Of a stretch of 64,000 nucleotides of DNA, positions 28,628-38,185 are shown piece by piece; position 1 is the stretch's first letter, and the number at the start of each line of letters is the position of its first letter. The notes beneath the pieces are model-generated. The model was given only the letters and a program-made list of their open reading frames with translations. It was not told the origin of the DNA and ran no database searches. The position numbers were made by a program, and so were the translations under genes. Origin of the DNA: Candidatus Fervidibacter sp. (GTDB taxonomy: Bacteria; Armatimonadota; Fervidibacteria; Fervidibacterales; Fervidibacteraceae). Where the stretch lies: positions 2,117 to 66,116 of the forward strand of contig JBGOEP010000003.1 of NCBI GenBank assembly GCA_041446735.1. The letters run 5' to 3'.

Positions 28628-29776
28628 TTATGAGCGGCGGCGAGGGCGTTGGATGAGGCGGGGTTGTTCGGGTCGTTTACCTAAAAGGTCGCGAATGGCG
28701 TCCAAAATGTCGTCCTTGCTGCGGATGTCCGTTAGGCGCAAGTTGTCAAATTCGCTTTCAAACTCGTCGGCGAGGTCGTAAAGGAAGCGTCCCGTCCCCC
28801 AATGGCTGTAAACTTGCCCGTAGCCGAACAGGTTGACTTGCGGGAGTAATTTTTCCGCCAGCACTTCAAAGGCGTCCTCATCGTCTTCTTCCCAGTTGTC
28901 GCCGTCGCTGAAGTGAAAGGCGTAGATGTTCCAGTCGGAAGGTGGGTAGCGCTCCTCAATCAACTTGGCGCAGAGTTTGTATGCCGACGAAATCTTCGTC
29001 CCGCCACTTTCCCGCAGGCGATAAAACAGGTCTTCAGGGACTTCGCGGGCGGCAGCGTCGTGGACGATGTATCGGCGCTCTATGCCCTGATAGTGGCGGC
29101 GAATCCACTGGTCAATCCAAAAAGCGGTGATGCGGACGATCTCTTTTTGCTCGTCGCCCATGCTCCCTGAGACATCCATCATGAAGAAGATGACGGCTTT
29201 GCTTTCGGGTTGGGGGACGAGTTCAAAACTGCGGTAGCGACGGTCTTCGCGGATGGGGACGACTTTCGGGTCGTTGGGGTCGTAAGTGCCGCTCAGAATC
29301 TGCCGCTTTAGCGCTTCCCGATAGGTGCGCTTGAAGTGACGCAAGGACTCAGGTCCGACACGGCGAATGCTTTTGTAGTGGGGTTTGGGCGATTGCAGTT
29401 GACCGAAACTTTTCGGTTGCAACCTCGGCAATTCCAACGCTTCACCCAACAGTTCCACCAACTCGTCCAGCGAGACTTCCACCTCTACGGGATGCAGCCC
29501 TGGCAAAAAGCCTGCCCCCCGTTGCCCTTCGCCTTCCTCGCCTTCCAGCCAAAGGATGTCGCCCTCTTCTCCTTCGCCTTGCCCGACGCCTCCCGTGTCG
29601 CGCAGGCGATAGGTGAAGTGGGGCAACTCCACCTGCGGGACGGGGATGGACACAATCGTCCGCCCCTGTCGCCCGATCAATTCCGTGCTGGTGATGAACT
29701 TCCGCAAGTTCTGGCGGATTTTCCCCTTCACGATGTCGCGGAAGCGTGCCGCATCGCGTTCAATGCGTTCTACCAT
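28628..29776 (-). CDS. yeaH: YeaH/YhbH (DUF444) vWA-like protein
   Basis: GGVGQGEG, FMMDVSGSM, SGGTKISSAY, NIYAFHFSDGDNW. Start moved to ATG 29776. Confidence 0.9.
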   Translation of the reverse strand: MVERIERDAARFRDIVKGKIRQNLRKFITSTELIGRQGRTIVSIPVPQVELPHFTYRLRDTGGVGQGEGEEGDILWLEGEEGEGQRGAGFLPGLHPVEVEVSLDELVELLGEALELPRLQPKSFGQLQSPKPHYKSIRRVGPESLRHFKRTYREALKRQILSGTYDPNDPKVVPIREDRRYRSFELVPQPESKAVIFFMMDVSGSMGDEQKEIVRITAFWIDQWIRRHYQGIERRYIVHDAAAREVPEDLFYRLRESGGTKISSAYKLCAKLIEERYPPSDWNIYAFHFSDGDNWEEDDEDAFEVLAEKLLPQVNLFGYGQVYSHWGTGRFLYDLADEFESEFDNLRLTDIRSKDDILDAIRDLLGKRPEQPRLIQRPRRRS

Positions 29777-29872
29777 GTCGTAACTCCCGCCCCCTCGCGC
29801 GGGCGCTTGCTGTCCGTTGTTAGATTGTTGGTTCAAGGTGCTCGCCCCCAAAACGCAATTTGACGACGCCCT

Positions 29873-30643
29873 TCACGCTTGAACGCCTAAGGCTTTTCGG
29901 ACGAACTCTCGCAACCTTTCCGCCTGCGGAATCCATTCCCGCCTCAACTCCTCCCCCGTCGGCGGATCAGCCAAACCAGGATAACGAGCCGCTATGAACT
30001 TCCCCACCCTCTGGCACATCCCTTGATATTGCTGCAAGGAAGGTTCATGTTGAACGGCTTCCCTCAACAAAGCCTCCAAATCGTGCGTCCGAACTAACTG
30101 CCATCCGTGATGAAGCAAAAATGCCTTCAACCATTTCTCTACCGCCTGCTGCAAGTGATAGGCAGCGACGAAAACTAAGCCTCTGTCCAGCGACAAGTGG
30201 ACGACTTCCCAATCTTGCTCCGCCCAATCCAGCCACTCGTAAGGGTAAAGGTTTTGGCTTTGTTGCATGAGTTTTTCCACCTCCGCCATGACATCCTCAA
30301 AGTGGCGACGGGAAAAGATGGGGATGCCTTTCTGGGTGATTTCCGCCACAAACCAGTTTCGCCGAAGCAACGCCTGCCGCCACTCAGACAGCGTGCAAGA
30401 GTGAACTTCCAACCCACTCCCAAAAACTTCCCGCAAAATCGCCTCTGCTTTCTCCCGTCGCCCTTTGTCTGTCTCGTCGGGGAAGACGACCAACACATCC
30501 ACATCGCTGCCTTCGTGAGGTTCACCATAAGCAAACGAACCAAACAAAACGACAAACTCCACCTCGCACTCTCCCAACATCGCTGCCACCGCTTGACGCA
30601 ACCGTTGGATTACTTCATCACGGGTCAGGGTTGCCGTTCGCAT
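29873..30643 (-). CDS. Fused minimal nucleotidyltransferase-HEPN protein
   Basis: N-terminal LFGSFAYG..GSDVDVLV (GS-x10-DxD); C-terminal HEPN motifs AAYHLQQAVEKWLKAFL, RTHDL, ARYP. Start moved to 30643. Confidence 0.85.
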   Translation of the reverse strand: MRTATLTRDEVIQRLRQAVAAMLGECEVEFVVLFGSFAYGEPHEGSDVDVLVVFPDETDKGRREKAEAILREVFGSGLEVHSCTLSEWRQALLRRNWFVAEITQKGIPIFSRRHFEDVMAEVEKLMQQSQNLYPYEWLDWAEQDWEVVHLSLDRGLVFVAAYHLQQAVEKWLKAFLLHHGWQLVRTHDLEALLREAVQHEPSLQQYQGMCQRVGKFIAARYPGLADPPTGEELRREWIPQAERLREFVRKALGVQA

Positions 30644-30663
30644 GCGATGCGCCTCCAAAAGGA

Positions 30664-30691
30664 AAGCGGGCAGGCAGACGCCTGCCCGCTT
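30664..30691 (-). terminator. Intrinsic terminator after prkA
   Basis: Perfect 12-bp stem AAGCGGGCAGGC-AGAC-GCCTGCCCGCTT, T-rich on both sides (TTTCCTTTT on the minus strand). Confidence 0.75.
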
Positions 30692-30704
30692 GTTTTGTGT
30701 TCGT

Positions 30705-32807
30705 TTATCGGCGCGCTTCCTCGCGCTCTTTGATGTCGCCGCGGGCGAAGATGCTGGCGACATAGGTCAGGACATCGGTGGCGCAGACATCGCAGTAGCC
30801 GTAGTCGCGGATGAGCCGTGCCTTGATGACATCAATCTTTTCCTGCGTCTCCTTGTCAATGGCGCCAGTGACTAAAGCGCCCAGTCGGATGGAGTCTTTC
30901 TGGTCTTCAAAGAGTTTCAGTTCCAGCGCCCGCAGCAGGCGTTCGTTGCTCTTGTAGTCAAACTGCTTGCCCTCTAAGGCGAGGCTGGCGATGTAGTTCA
31001 TGATTTCGCGTCGGAAGTCGTCCTTGCGAGATTCGGGGATGTCAATCTTTTCCTCAATGGAACGCATCAAGCGCTCGTCGGGTTCCTCCAGTTCGCCCGT
31101 GTAGCGGTTGCGGACTTTCTCGCCCCGCACATACGCCTTGACATTCTCAATGTAGTTTTGGCACAGGCGCTTGAGGGCTTCCTCGTCGGCGGTGATGGCA
31201 CGGCGGACTTCGTTCTTGATGATTTCCTCATACTCCTGCCGAACGACCGCCAGCAACTCGCGGTAGCGCTTGCGTTGCTCTTCGCTGCTGATGAGGGAGT
31301 AATGGTCTAAGCCTTCATCCAGTTCCTTCATGACCATGAAGGGGTTGACGCATTGGGGGTTCTCTTCACTGACGAGGGCGTTGGAGATTTTGTCCATGAT
31401 GTAGCGGGGGGAGATGCCGAACATGCCCTCGCGGGTGGCTTCCTCCCGAAGTTCTAAAACATGGTCTTCGGTAAAGCCGGGCAAGGCTTTGCCGTCGTAG
31501 AGTTTGAGTTTCTGCATCAAGGTCAGGTGGAACTTTTTGGGTTCTTCCAAGCGCGTCAGGATCGCCCACATGGCGGCGATTTCTAAGGTGTGGGGGGCGA
31601 TGTGCTTGTTTTTGACCCGTCGGGGGTTGAAGAACTTCTCGTAAATCTTCACCTCGTCGCTGAGTTTGAGGACATAGGGGATGTCCACCTTGATGGTTCG
31701 GTCGCGCAGGGCTTCCATGTATTCGTTCTTTTGGAGTTTGCGGTATTCGGGTTCGTTGGTGTGGGCGATGATGACCTCATCAATGTCGGTCTGGGCGAAC
31801 TTTTTGGGCTTGATGACATGCTCTTGGGAAGCCCCCAGCAAGTCATACAGGAAAGCGACTTCCAGTTTGAGCATCTCAATGAACTCAATGAGCCCTCGGT
31901 TGGCGATGCAAAATTCCCCATCAAAGCGGAAGGCGCGAGGGTCGCTGTCGGAGCCGTAGATGGCGATAAGGCGGTAGTCAATGTCGCCTGTCAATTCGGT
32001 GCTGTCTTGGTTCTTTTCGTCTTTGGGTTGGAAAGTCCCGATGCCGATGCGGTCTTTTTCGCTGAAGATGACGCGGCGGACGCGGATGTGTTTGTCCACG
32101 ACTTGTTGCCAGTCACCTTGATACTTTCGCAGGAACTCGCGGAAGTAGAAGCGGCACAGGGGGCAAAGGTCTCCCTCCACCCAAACTTGCTCCTCTTCTG
32201 TCTTGCCCTCGTTGAGCCGTTCCAGAAAATGCACCCGCACTTCGGGCGGGATGAGTTTGAGGGGCTCTTCGTTGAGGGGGCAAGGGACGACAGTGCCGTC
32301 TTCCAAGACCCAACTGAAGGAGTAAAGGGCGCCTTCAGGAAGGCGGGTGTAGTATTCCAGCCCTTTTTTCAGCAGGCGGACGATGGTGCTTTTGGAACTG
32401 CCGACGGGACCGTGCAGCAAGATGATGCGCCGCTCCGTCCCGTAGCGGCGGGCAGCGGATTTGAAGATGTTCACCAGCGTCATCAAATAGCGGTCTAAGC
32501 CGAAGATGGCGTCTTCGCCGTTACCGATGGGGTCATCAAAGAAGCGGTAGTGGACGAGTTTCTCTTTGTGTTGGGTGTATTCGGTGAAGCCGAAGTGCAT
32601 GATCATGTCGTAGAGGCGTTGGAAGGCGCTGCGGGCGACTTTGGGGTTGCGGGTGACGATTTCCAAGTAGTCGGCGAAGGAACCTTCCCAGTGATACTCA
32701 CGGTAACGCTGGGCGTCGTGCAGTGACGCCAACTCTGCTAAGATTTGCCGTCCCACCGCCCCGTCCCCTGATTGTGCGGCGTGCAGGCTCGTCCGTTGTT
32801 CCGTCAT
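30705..32807 (-). CDS. prkA: PrkA/YeaG family AAA+ serine protein kinase
   Basis: [57 protein letters not shown]. Start moved to 32807 with a GGGGG RBS. Confidence 0.95.
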   Translation of the reverse strand: MTEQRTSLHAAQSGDGAVGRQILAELASLHDAQRYREYHWEGSFADYLEIVTRNPKVARSAFQRLYDMIMHFGFTEYTQHKEKLVHYRFFDDPIGNGEDAIFGLDRYLMTLVNIFKSAARRYGTERRIILLHGPVGSSKSTIVRLLKKGLEYYTRLPEGALYSFSWVLEDGTVVPCPLNEEPLKLIPPEVRVHFLERLNEGKTEEEQVWVEGDLCPLCRFYFREFLRKYQGDWQQVVDKHIRVRRVIFSEKDRIGIGTFQPKDEKNQDSTELTGDIDYRLIAIYGSDSDPRAFRFDGEFCIANRGLIEFIEMLKLEVAFLYDLLGASQEHVIKPKKFAQTDIDEVIIAHTNEPEYRKLQKNEYMEALRDRTIKVDIPYVLKLSDEVKIYEKFFNPRRVKNKHIAPHTLEIAAMWAILTRLEEPKKFHLTLMQKLKLYDGKALPGFTEDHVLELREEATREGMFGISPRYIMDKISNALVSEENPQCVNPFMVMKELDEGLDHYSLISSEEQRKRYRELLAVVRQEYEEIIKNEVRRAITADEEALKRLCQNYIENVKAYVRGEKVRNRYTGELEEPDERLMRSIEEKIDIPESRKDDFRREIMNYIASLALEGKQFDYKSNERLLRALELKLFEDQKDSIRLGALVTGAIDKETQEKIDVIKARLIRDYGYCDVCATDVLTYVASIFARGDIKEREEARR

Positions 32808-32958
32808 GGATGAACGCCCCCTTTGGCGTTGCGGGATACAAAAAGGCTCACCCATAAATTCGGATTGGGGCATGCCCAATTGAAGGGGAATGCGTCGTCC
32901 TGCCACCGCCCTGCCGAAGCCATTTTCAAGGTGCGATGCGCCGTTCGTTGCGTTTGCT

Positions 32959-32987
32959 ATTTTAGACGCATTTAGGCGCGCTGTCAA
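32959..32987 (-). promoter_or_regulatory. Sigma70 promoter for prkA
   Basis: Minus strand TTGACA-17 bp-TAAAAT. Confidence 0.75.
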
Positions 32988-33014
32988 TGAGCAAAGCCCA
33001 GTTACTTGCCCGTC

Positions 33015-34376
33015 CTAATGCGTCACCTTCGGCAAGTAAGTTCGGTAATCAAACTTGGGGCTGTTTTCTCGGTCGTGGCAACGGACGCAGATTTGTTCGG
33101 TCACATTCTTGGTTGTGGGGCGTTCCCCAGGGCGCTGACCGTGCATCCGAGCCATCATCGGGTCGGCTAATTCCGTGTGGCAATCCACGCACTCCACGCC
33201 CCGATTTTTGAGGACGGTGACGACGCCCCGCATCTTGAACTCCAACGAATGGCAGGTCAGGCATTGCTTGTCCATGCGGTTTCGTTCCTTGAGGGTCATG
33301 ATGGCTTGGGCGTGTCGGGTCGTCAGCCATTGGTCATATTGCGCCCGATGGCACGAGCCACAAAATTCGGGCGTCACATAGTCACGCTTTTGGGCGACAG
33401 CCAGCAACCGCTGCATCTCTCGCTGCAGTTTCTTTTGGCGCATCGTGTAATAGGCGTCCACGATTTCCTTGACCTTCGGGTCGGGCGATTGACCGTAGGA
33501 ACTGAGAGCCATCGCTTCCAGTTTTGGGGCAGGTTGTTTTCCGTTCGCCCATAGCATCACCGACAGAACTTGGGAGCGGAATTGGGGAAGCGACGCCAAC
33601 AAAACTTTGCCGACTTGCCGACCCGCCGCCTGCATCCCATCCGCTGTCAAGATGCTCCCGTCCGTTACATTGTCATCCACCAACAACACATCCACCAATC
33701 CGTTCAACCGTTGGGCGAGGGATTCTGCCGTTTTGCGGTCGGTGTAAGCGAGGGCGACGAGCAAAGTGTGGGGATGGCGAAGGGAGCGCAAAGCGGTGGC
33801 GATGAGTTGCCACGCCCGTTCCTCGGTGACCGACGGCGGTTCGCCCAAGTTCACCAGCACCACCTTCCATTCTCCCAACCGCAAAGAAAAAGCGTCGGGT
33901 TTGTCGCCATCGCGTTGGGGCGGCAACAAAGGCAAGCCATTGGCGTGGGCACGAATTTGGGAAAGGTGCTTGGCATCACGGGGACTGAGGGCGATGACTT
34001 GATAGCCCATCGTTTGATAAGCCTGCAGGAGATACGGCGTGGCATCGGGCTCACCGAGGAAGTCACCTCCTTCTATGAGGGCAACTTGCGTGCCCCGACG
34101 ACGATGTTGATCAATGGTCGTTTTTAGCAAAGCGGCGACCCGCGTCAAATCCTCCGCCCGTTTCCCAGGGCAACCGCACACTTCCAATTTGCCCTGCCGA
34201 TTGGCGGTCACAAGGAGCATCAAGGTGGCGGGCTCTTTGGGCAAAGTGACGGGCGGGGGGACGGGGCGTTGTTGGCGCAACTGATGAATGACGATGATGG
34301 CAAAAAGGGCAATCAACAAGGCGACCCCTGACAGCCCCAACCGACGGAGGCGTTCTTCGGCACGCTTTTGGGTCAT
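33015..34376 (-). CDS. Membrane-anchored UshA/metallophosphoesterase-like (CxC) domain fused to a tetraheme cytochrome c554-like domain
   Basis: N-terminal TM helix; GKLEVCGCPG and EGGDFL; four CxxCH motifs (CGSCH, CLTCH, CVDCH, CVRCH); SPKFDY end. Confidence 0.8.
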   Translation of the reverse strand: MTQKRAEERLRRLGLSGVALLIALFAIIVIHQLRQQRPVPPPVTLPKEPATLMLLVTANRQGKLEVCGCPGKRAEDLTRVAALLKTTIDQHRRRGTQVALIEGGDFLGEPDATPYLLQAYQTMGYQVIALSPRDAKHLSQIRAHANGLPLLPPQRDGDKPDAFSLRLGEWKVVLVNLGEPPSVTEERAWQLIATALRSLRHPHTLLVALAYTDRKTAESLAQRLNGLVDVLLVDDNVTDGSILTADGMQAAGRQVGKVLLASLPQFRSQVLSVMLWANGKQPAPKLEAMALSSYGQSPDPKVKEIVDAYYTMRQKKLQREMQRLLAVAQKRDYVTPEFCGSCHRAQYDQWLTTRHAQAIMTLKERNRMDKQCLTCHSLEFKMRGVVTVLKNRGVECVDCHTELADPMMARMHGQRPGERPTTKNVTEQICVRCHDRENSPKFDYRTYLPKVTH

Positions 34377-34416
34377 GGCGATCACCGACCCAAAAATTTA
34401 GCACATCCGTCTCGCA

Positions 34417-35049
34417 TCAATCGCCAGAGGAACGGACAGTCACTTGGGCTTCGGCGCGCAAGTTGCCGACCCGCACCTCCCCTTTGCCTGGTCGTGTCGC
34501 CGTGAACAAGCCATCGGCGGTGATGACGCCGATGCCACCATGCACCGACCAGACAGGGCGGAGCGGAAGGGGTTGACTGTCCATGAGGGCTTGAAATTGT
34601 TGGCGCTCGCCGACCCGCAAGGTCACGGCATCAGGGATAACCCGCAGCATTTTCAAAGGCGGTGGCGACACATCACGGGGCAAAAGCGGGATGACGACTT
34701 GCACCTCATCGTCGTCCACTTCCACTTCTGCCTCCGCCGATTGGAAAAGGGTTGCCAGAAAAGCAGGCGGTCGCACGCTGACCTGATAAGTCTTGCCCTT
34801 CGGCAGTGACAGGACGAACTTGCCATCGGTGTCGGTCTTTGCCGAAAAGGAAGTCCCATCGGCGACGATTTGCACGACAGCATCTGCGATGGGCAAGGTC
34901 GGGTCTTGTTCGCTGACGACCGTGCCTGCCAAGCGGGCGGTAGCGGTCGTCGTCGGATTGCCGATGGGCACATTGCGCCCCGACAACCCATTGCAGCCGA
35001 CTAAAATGGCTGCCAACCTTCCAAGCGTGAGCCAGCGCCAAAATCCCAC
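34417..35049 (-). CDS. Lipoprotein with carboxypeptidase-regulatory-like and Big_2 Ig domains
   Basis: Lipobox LVGC; PIADAVV..TDTDGKF; WSV.GGIGVITADGLFTA. Confidence 0.75.
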   Translation of the reverse strand: MGFWRWLTLGRLAAILVGCNGLSGRNVPIGNPTTTATARLAGTVVSEQDPTLPIADAVVQIVADGTSFSAKTDTDGKFVLSLPKGKTYQVSVRPPAFLATLFQSAEAEVEVDDDEVQVVIPLLPRDVSPPPLKMLRVIPDAVTLRVGERQQFQALMDSQPLPLRPVWSVHGGIGVITADGLFTATRPGKGEVRVGNLRAEAQVTVRSSGD

Positions 35050-35140
35050 AACCCGTCACCTCAGAAAGTTTGGCTCGGCAATGCTGCGCCCATGAACGAG
35101 GCAAACAGGCGGGCAAATCGTTTCGCCGACTTTTGTCCGC

Positions 35141-36967
35141 TCACCTTTTACCCCTCTCCATCGCCCATTGCTCTTGCAAAGGCAGCCAACCCAGTTGGGC
35201 GATGAAGGCATCGGCAGCCTCTTGCCCGTGCGTTTGAACGAGGCAACGGGCGAAGAGCAAACAAATCCGCTGCCGATAAGGGTCTTCCAGCCAAGTGTCT
35301 TCGTGCCCTTCTTCTCGCCATCGGGAGCGCCAACTTTCCAGCATCGTCATGGCTTCCTGCCACGCAGCGAGGGCAAGGTCGCTTTCGCCTTTCGCCCAAT
35401 GCCGTTCCCCTTTCGCCGCAAGGCAACGCCACAACAGTTCGGCATCGCCCGTCTCTTTAGCAAAGCGTTCCGCCTCGTCGCCCCATCGGCGGGCTTCCTC
35501 GTCCCGTGACAGGGCGCAGGCGATTTGCCCTTGCAGCCACGCCGCTAAGCCTGCCAAGTGGCGCATCCCTTTCTCGTCGGCGAGGGTGAAGGCTCTTTGG
35601 GCATCTCGCTGGGCATCGGTCAAATGCCCTTGTTGCCATGCCATCCATGCCCGAAGGCAAAGGGCATGGGCGAACTCCATCGCATGGCGCATCCCTTCTG
35701 CCAACTCCGCCGCCGCTTGCCCATGATAGCGAGCATCGTCGGGTTGCCCTTGACGCAGATAAGTTTCGGCGAGAACTTTGTGCGCCCAAAGTTCCCCTTG
35801 ACGGGAATGCAGGCGAAGAGCCATCACTAACGCATCTTTTCCCCGCTCTTTTGCCTGATCAAAATCGCCGACGATGGCAGCGATGGTCGCCAAAACCGTT
35901 TCGGCGACGGCAACCCGTTCGGCTTCATCGGCGAATTCCGAAAGGGAACGAACCCGCTCCGCCAACGCCCACGCTGTCGCCCAATCGCCTAAATGGCGAA
36001 GGCAAACGGCTTGCGTCAGCCAATTTTCCAATTGCTGGTCGCGGTCGCTGAGCCGCTCCGCCAATTCCCCCGCCACCTTCGCCAATTTCAACGCTTCCGC
36101 AAAATCGCCACATGCCAAATAGACATTTGCCCGATTGGCAGCGACGAAGAGACGAACGGTCTGGGCTGCCCGCTCGTTGGGGGCTTGCTCGCTCAACCTT
36201 TCCGCCTCGTCCAAATGGCTCATCGCTTGCTGCAAATCGCCCTTCCATTCGGCGACGGCAGCGAGGGCAACCATCGCTTCCCAACGGTTGTGCCAATGCT
36301 CGCTCTGGGCGGCTTGAGTGAACTCCCTTTCGGCTTCCTCAAGACGCCCCATCAACAGCAATGCCCGCCCGATGCTCTGGCGGCAAGCGAAAGCGTAAGG
36401 GGCATCATTCAGGCGTTCAAAAAGGGTGCGGGCTTGCTGAAGGGCGGTCACCGCCCCGTCCAAATCGCCCAGCAACAAGCGCAAGTTGCCCAAGCGGAAA
36501 AGGGTGAGGGCTTCCGCCCGCTCGTCGCCCAACTCCCGCGCCAACGGCAAAATTTGCTCACAAGTGGACGCAGCGGCTTTCCAATTGGGCGGAGTTGATT
36601 GGGCGTCCGCCAATGCCAACAAAGTTTCCAACCGCTCCCGAAGCCGTCGCTCCCGCTCCTCGGCTTGCTGGCGTTCCCACTCCGTCCGCTCCTGCTCTAA
36701 GGCTGCCCGCTCCGCTTCCACCGAGGGTCGCTCTCGCAGGTCAGCCCCGTAAAAATACGCCAGCGGCTTGCCCGTTCGGCGGGCGATGAGGGTCAACTTG
36801 TCAGGCTGGGCAAGGGTCGTGCCCGCAATGTATTGGTAAAGCAGCGCCCGCGAGCAGCCGATGTCTTTGGCGACCTGCTCTACGGACAAACCTGCTTCCC
36901 TGATCGCCCGCAAAATCAACTCGCCTTGCCGTTTTCGCCCCTCTGGCGTCGTCAAGTCCAGTTCCAT
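35141..36967 (-). CDS. XRE-family HTH regulator with long TPR array
   Basis: N-terminal IREAGLSVEQVAKDIGCSRALLYQYIAG HTH, a coiled coil, then many TPR-like helical repeats. Confidence 0.85.
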   Translation of the reverse strand: MELDLTTPEGRKRQGELILRAIREAGLSVEQVAKDIGCSRALLYQYIAGTTLAQPDKLTLIARRTGKPLAYFYGADLRERPSVEAERAALEQERTEWERQQAEERERRLRERLETLLALADAQSTPPNWKAAASTCEQILPLARELGDERAEALTLFRLGNLRLLLGDLDGAVTALQQARTLFERLNDAPYAFACRQSIGRALLLMGRLEEAEREFTQAAQSEHWHNRWEAMVALAAVAEWKGDLQQAMSHLDEAERLSEQAPNERAAQTVRLFVAANRANVYLACGDFAEALKLAKVAGELAERLSDRDQQLENWLTQAVCLRHLGDWATAWALAERVRSLSEFADEAERVAVAETVLATIAAIVGDFDQAKERGKDALVMALRLHSRQGELWAHKVLAETYLRQGQPDDARYHGQAAAELAEGMRHAMEFAHALCLRAWMAWQQGHLTDAQRDAQRAFTLADEKGMRHLAGLAAWLQGQIACALSRDEEARRWGDEAERFAKETGDAELLWRCLAAKGERHWAKGESDLALAAWQEAMTMLESWRSRWREEGHEDTWLEDPYRQRICLLFARCLVQTHGQEAADAFIAQLGWLPLQEQWAMERGKR

Positions 36968-37002
36968 CGTCGGTCACCTTGCTCTCCCTTCGCTTGCCCC
37001 TC

Positions 37003-37031
37003 ATTATAACGCCCTTTCGCTTGCTTGACAA
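37003..37031 (-). promoter_or_regulatory. Sigma70 promoter for the XRE-TPR gene
   Basis: Minus strand TTGTCA-17 bp-TATAAT. Confidence 0.7.
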
Positions 37032-37068
37032 GTTGTGCCAGACTTGCGTCTAACTAAAACGGACGGGT

Positions 37069-37096
37069 TTGAAACTTTCCGCCAGTGTGGTATAAT
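37069..37096 (+). promoter_or_regulatory. Sigma70 promoter with extended -10 for the lipoprotein pair
   Basis: TTGAAA-16 bp-TATAAT with a TG extension. Confidence 0.65.
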
Positions 37097-37131
37097 GGGA
37101 CTGGACGAAGGAAGCAAAGGAGGCGAGCGAG

Positions 37132-38169
37132 ATGTTCCGTCGGTTCGGGTCGCAGCGATGGCAAGTCGCTAGCCTCATGGGGCTGATGGCAGTGTTGGTG
37201 GGTTGTGGCGGAGGCGGCGGGGTCAGCGGTCCGTCAGGGACGCTGACGGGCACCGTCCAAACCCTGCCAGGGCGACAAGCCCTCACCCCCGTCGCTTCAG
37301 GCACCGTGCAGGTTTACTTGGACGGCAACCAAGTTGCCAGTGGCGTCATCGCCAGTGGGCAATATCGCGTCACCGTCCCCTTGCCGCCCGATGTGTCGCA
37401 AGCGACTGTCGTGGTGACGGCTAACTTTGTCGCTGGAAGCATCGCCCAACGCCGCAAGCACAAAACGGTTGCGGTCGTCCGTGTCAATGCGACGCAGCAA
37501 GCCGACATCAACCCGACGACAACCCTTGCAACGGCAGCATTGGAGCAAGCGCCTAATACTGTGCCCCCCGACTTGGACATCAACGCCTTTGTGCAAGCCC
37601 AGCAAAACCTTCAGGACATAGACCTCACGCAAGTGGACTTCTCGTCGGACGACAAATCGGACGACAAAATTCAACAAGCGCTTCCTGTGATGCTGGTCGT
37701 CACCAGCAACCCCAGTGGGGCACAAGTGCTGATCAACGGGCAACCGCAACAGCAAGCCAGCACGCCTTTCTTCCTTCGGTCAGGTTTGCAAGGCGGTGCC
37801 GATCTCACGGTGCAGGTGCGCCGTCAAGCCACCATCGGCAACGAAACCATCACGACGACCCTGAGCAAATCCGTCACCCTCAAAGTTCGTGGTAGCACGC
37901 CTGTCCACTTTGACTTCACGCCCCAAATCGTCAGCGCCCAAGTCGCGAACGGCGCGCTGAATTTGCAGGTCAAAAACGCAGGCAGTGCCAACGAGAAAGT
38001 CATCGTCCGCTTCGGTGACACGCAAGCGGTCGTCGCCACGATTGCCAGCGTGGACGAGCAAGGCGTGGCGACAATCAGCGTGACGATTCCGCAAGGCGTT
38101 TCGGGGCAAGTGCAAGTGCGGGTGCAAAACGCCGCCCGCACCAGCGCGGCGCAAAATGTGAGCATCTGA
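37132..38169 (+). CDS. Lipoprotein with PEGA-like and IPT/Ig-like domains
   Basis: Lipobox LVGC-GGGGG; VTSNPSGAQVLING (PEGA-like); beta-rich C-terminus. Confidence 0.75.
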   Translation: MFRRFGSQRWQVASLMGLMAVLVGCGGGGGVSGPSGTLTGTVQTLPGRQALTPVASGTVQVYLDGNQVASGVIASGQYRVTVPLPPDVSQATVVVTANFVAGSIAQRRKHKTVAVVRVNATQQADINPTTTLATAALEQAPNTVPPDLDINAFVQAQQNLQDIDLTQVDFSSDDKSDDKIQQALPVMLVVTSNPSGAQVLINGQPQQQASTPFFLRSGLQGGADLTVQVRRQATIGNETITTTLSKSVTLKVRGSTPVHFDFTPQIVSAQVANGALNLQVKNAGSANEKVIVRFGDTQAVVATIASVDEQGVATISVTIPQGVSGQVQVRVQNAARTSAAQNVSI

Positions 38170-38185
38170 AAAGAAGGGATGAACG

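Noticed and set aside
34170-34195. Selenocysteine in the CxC motif of the multiheme protein
   Set aside because: Both codons are TGC (Cys) and there is no in-frame TGA.
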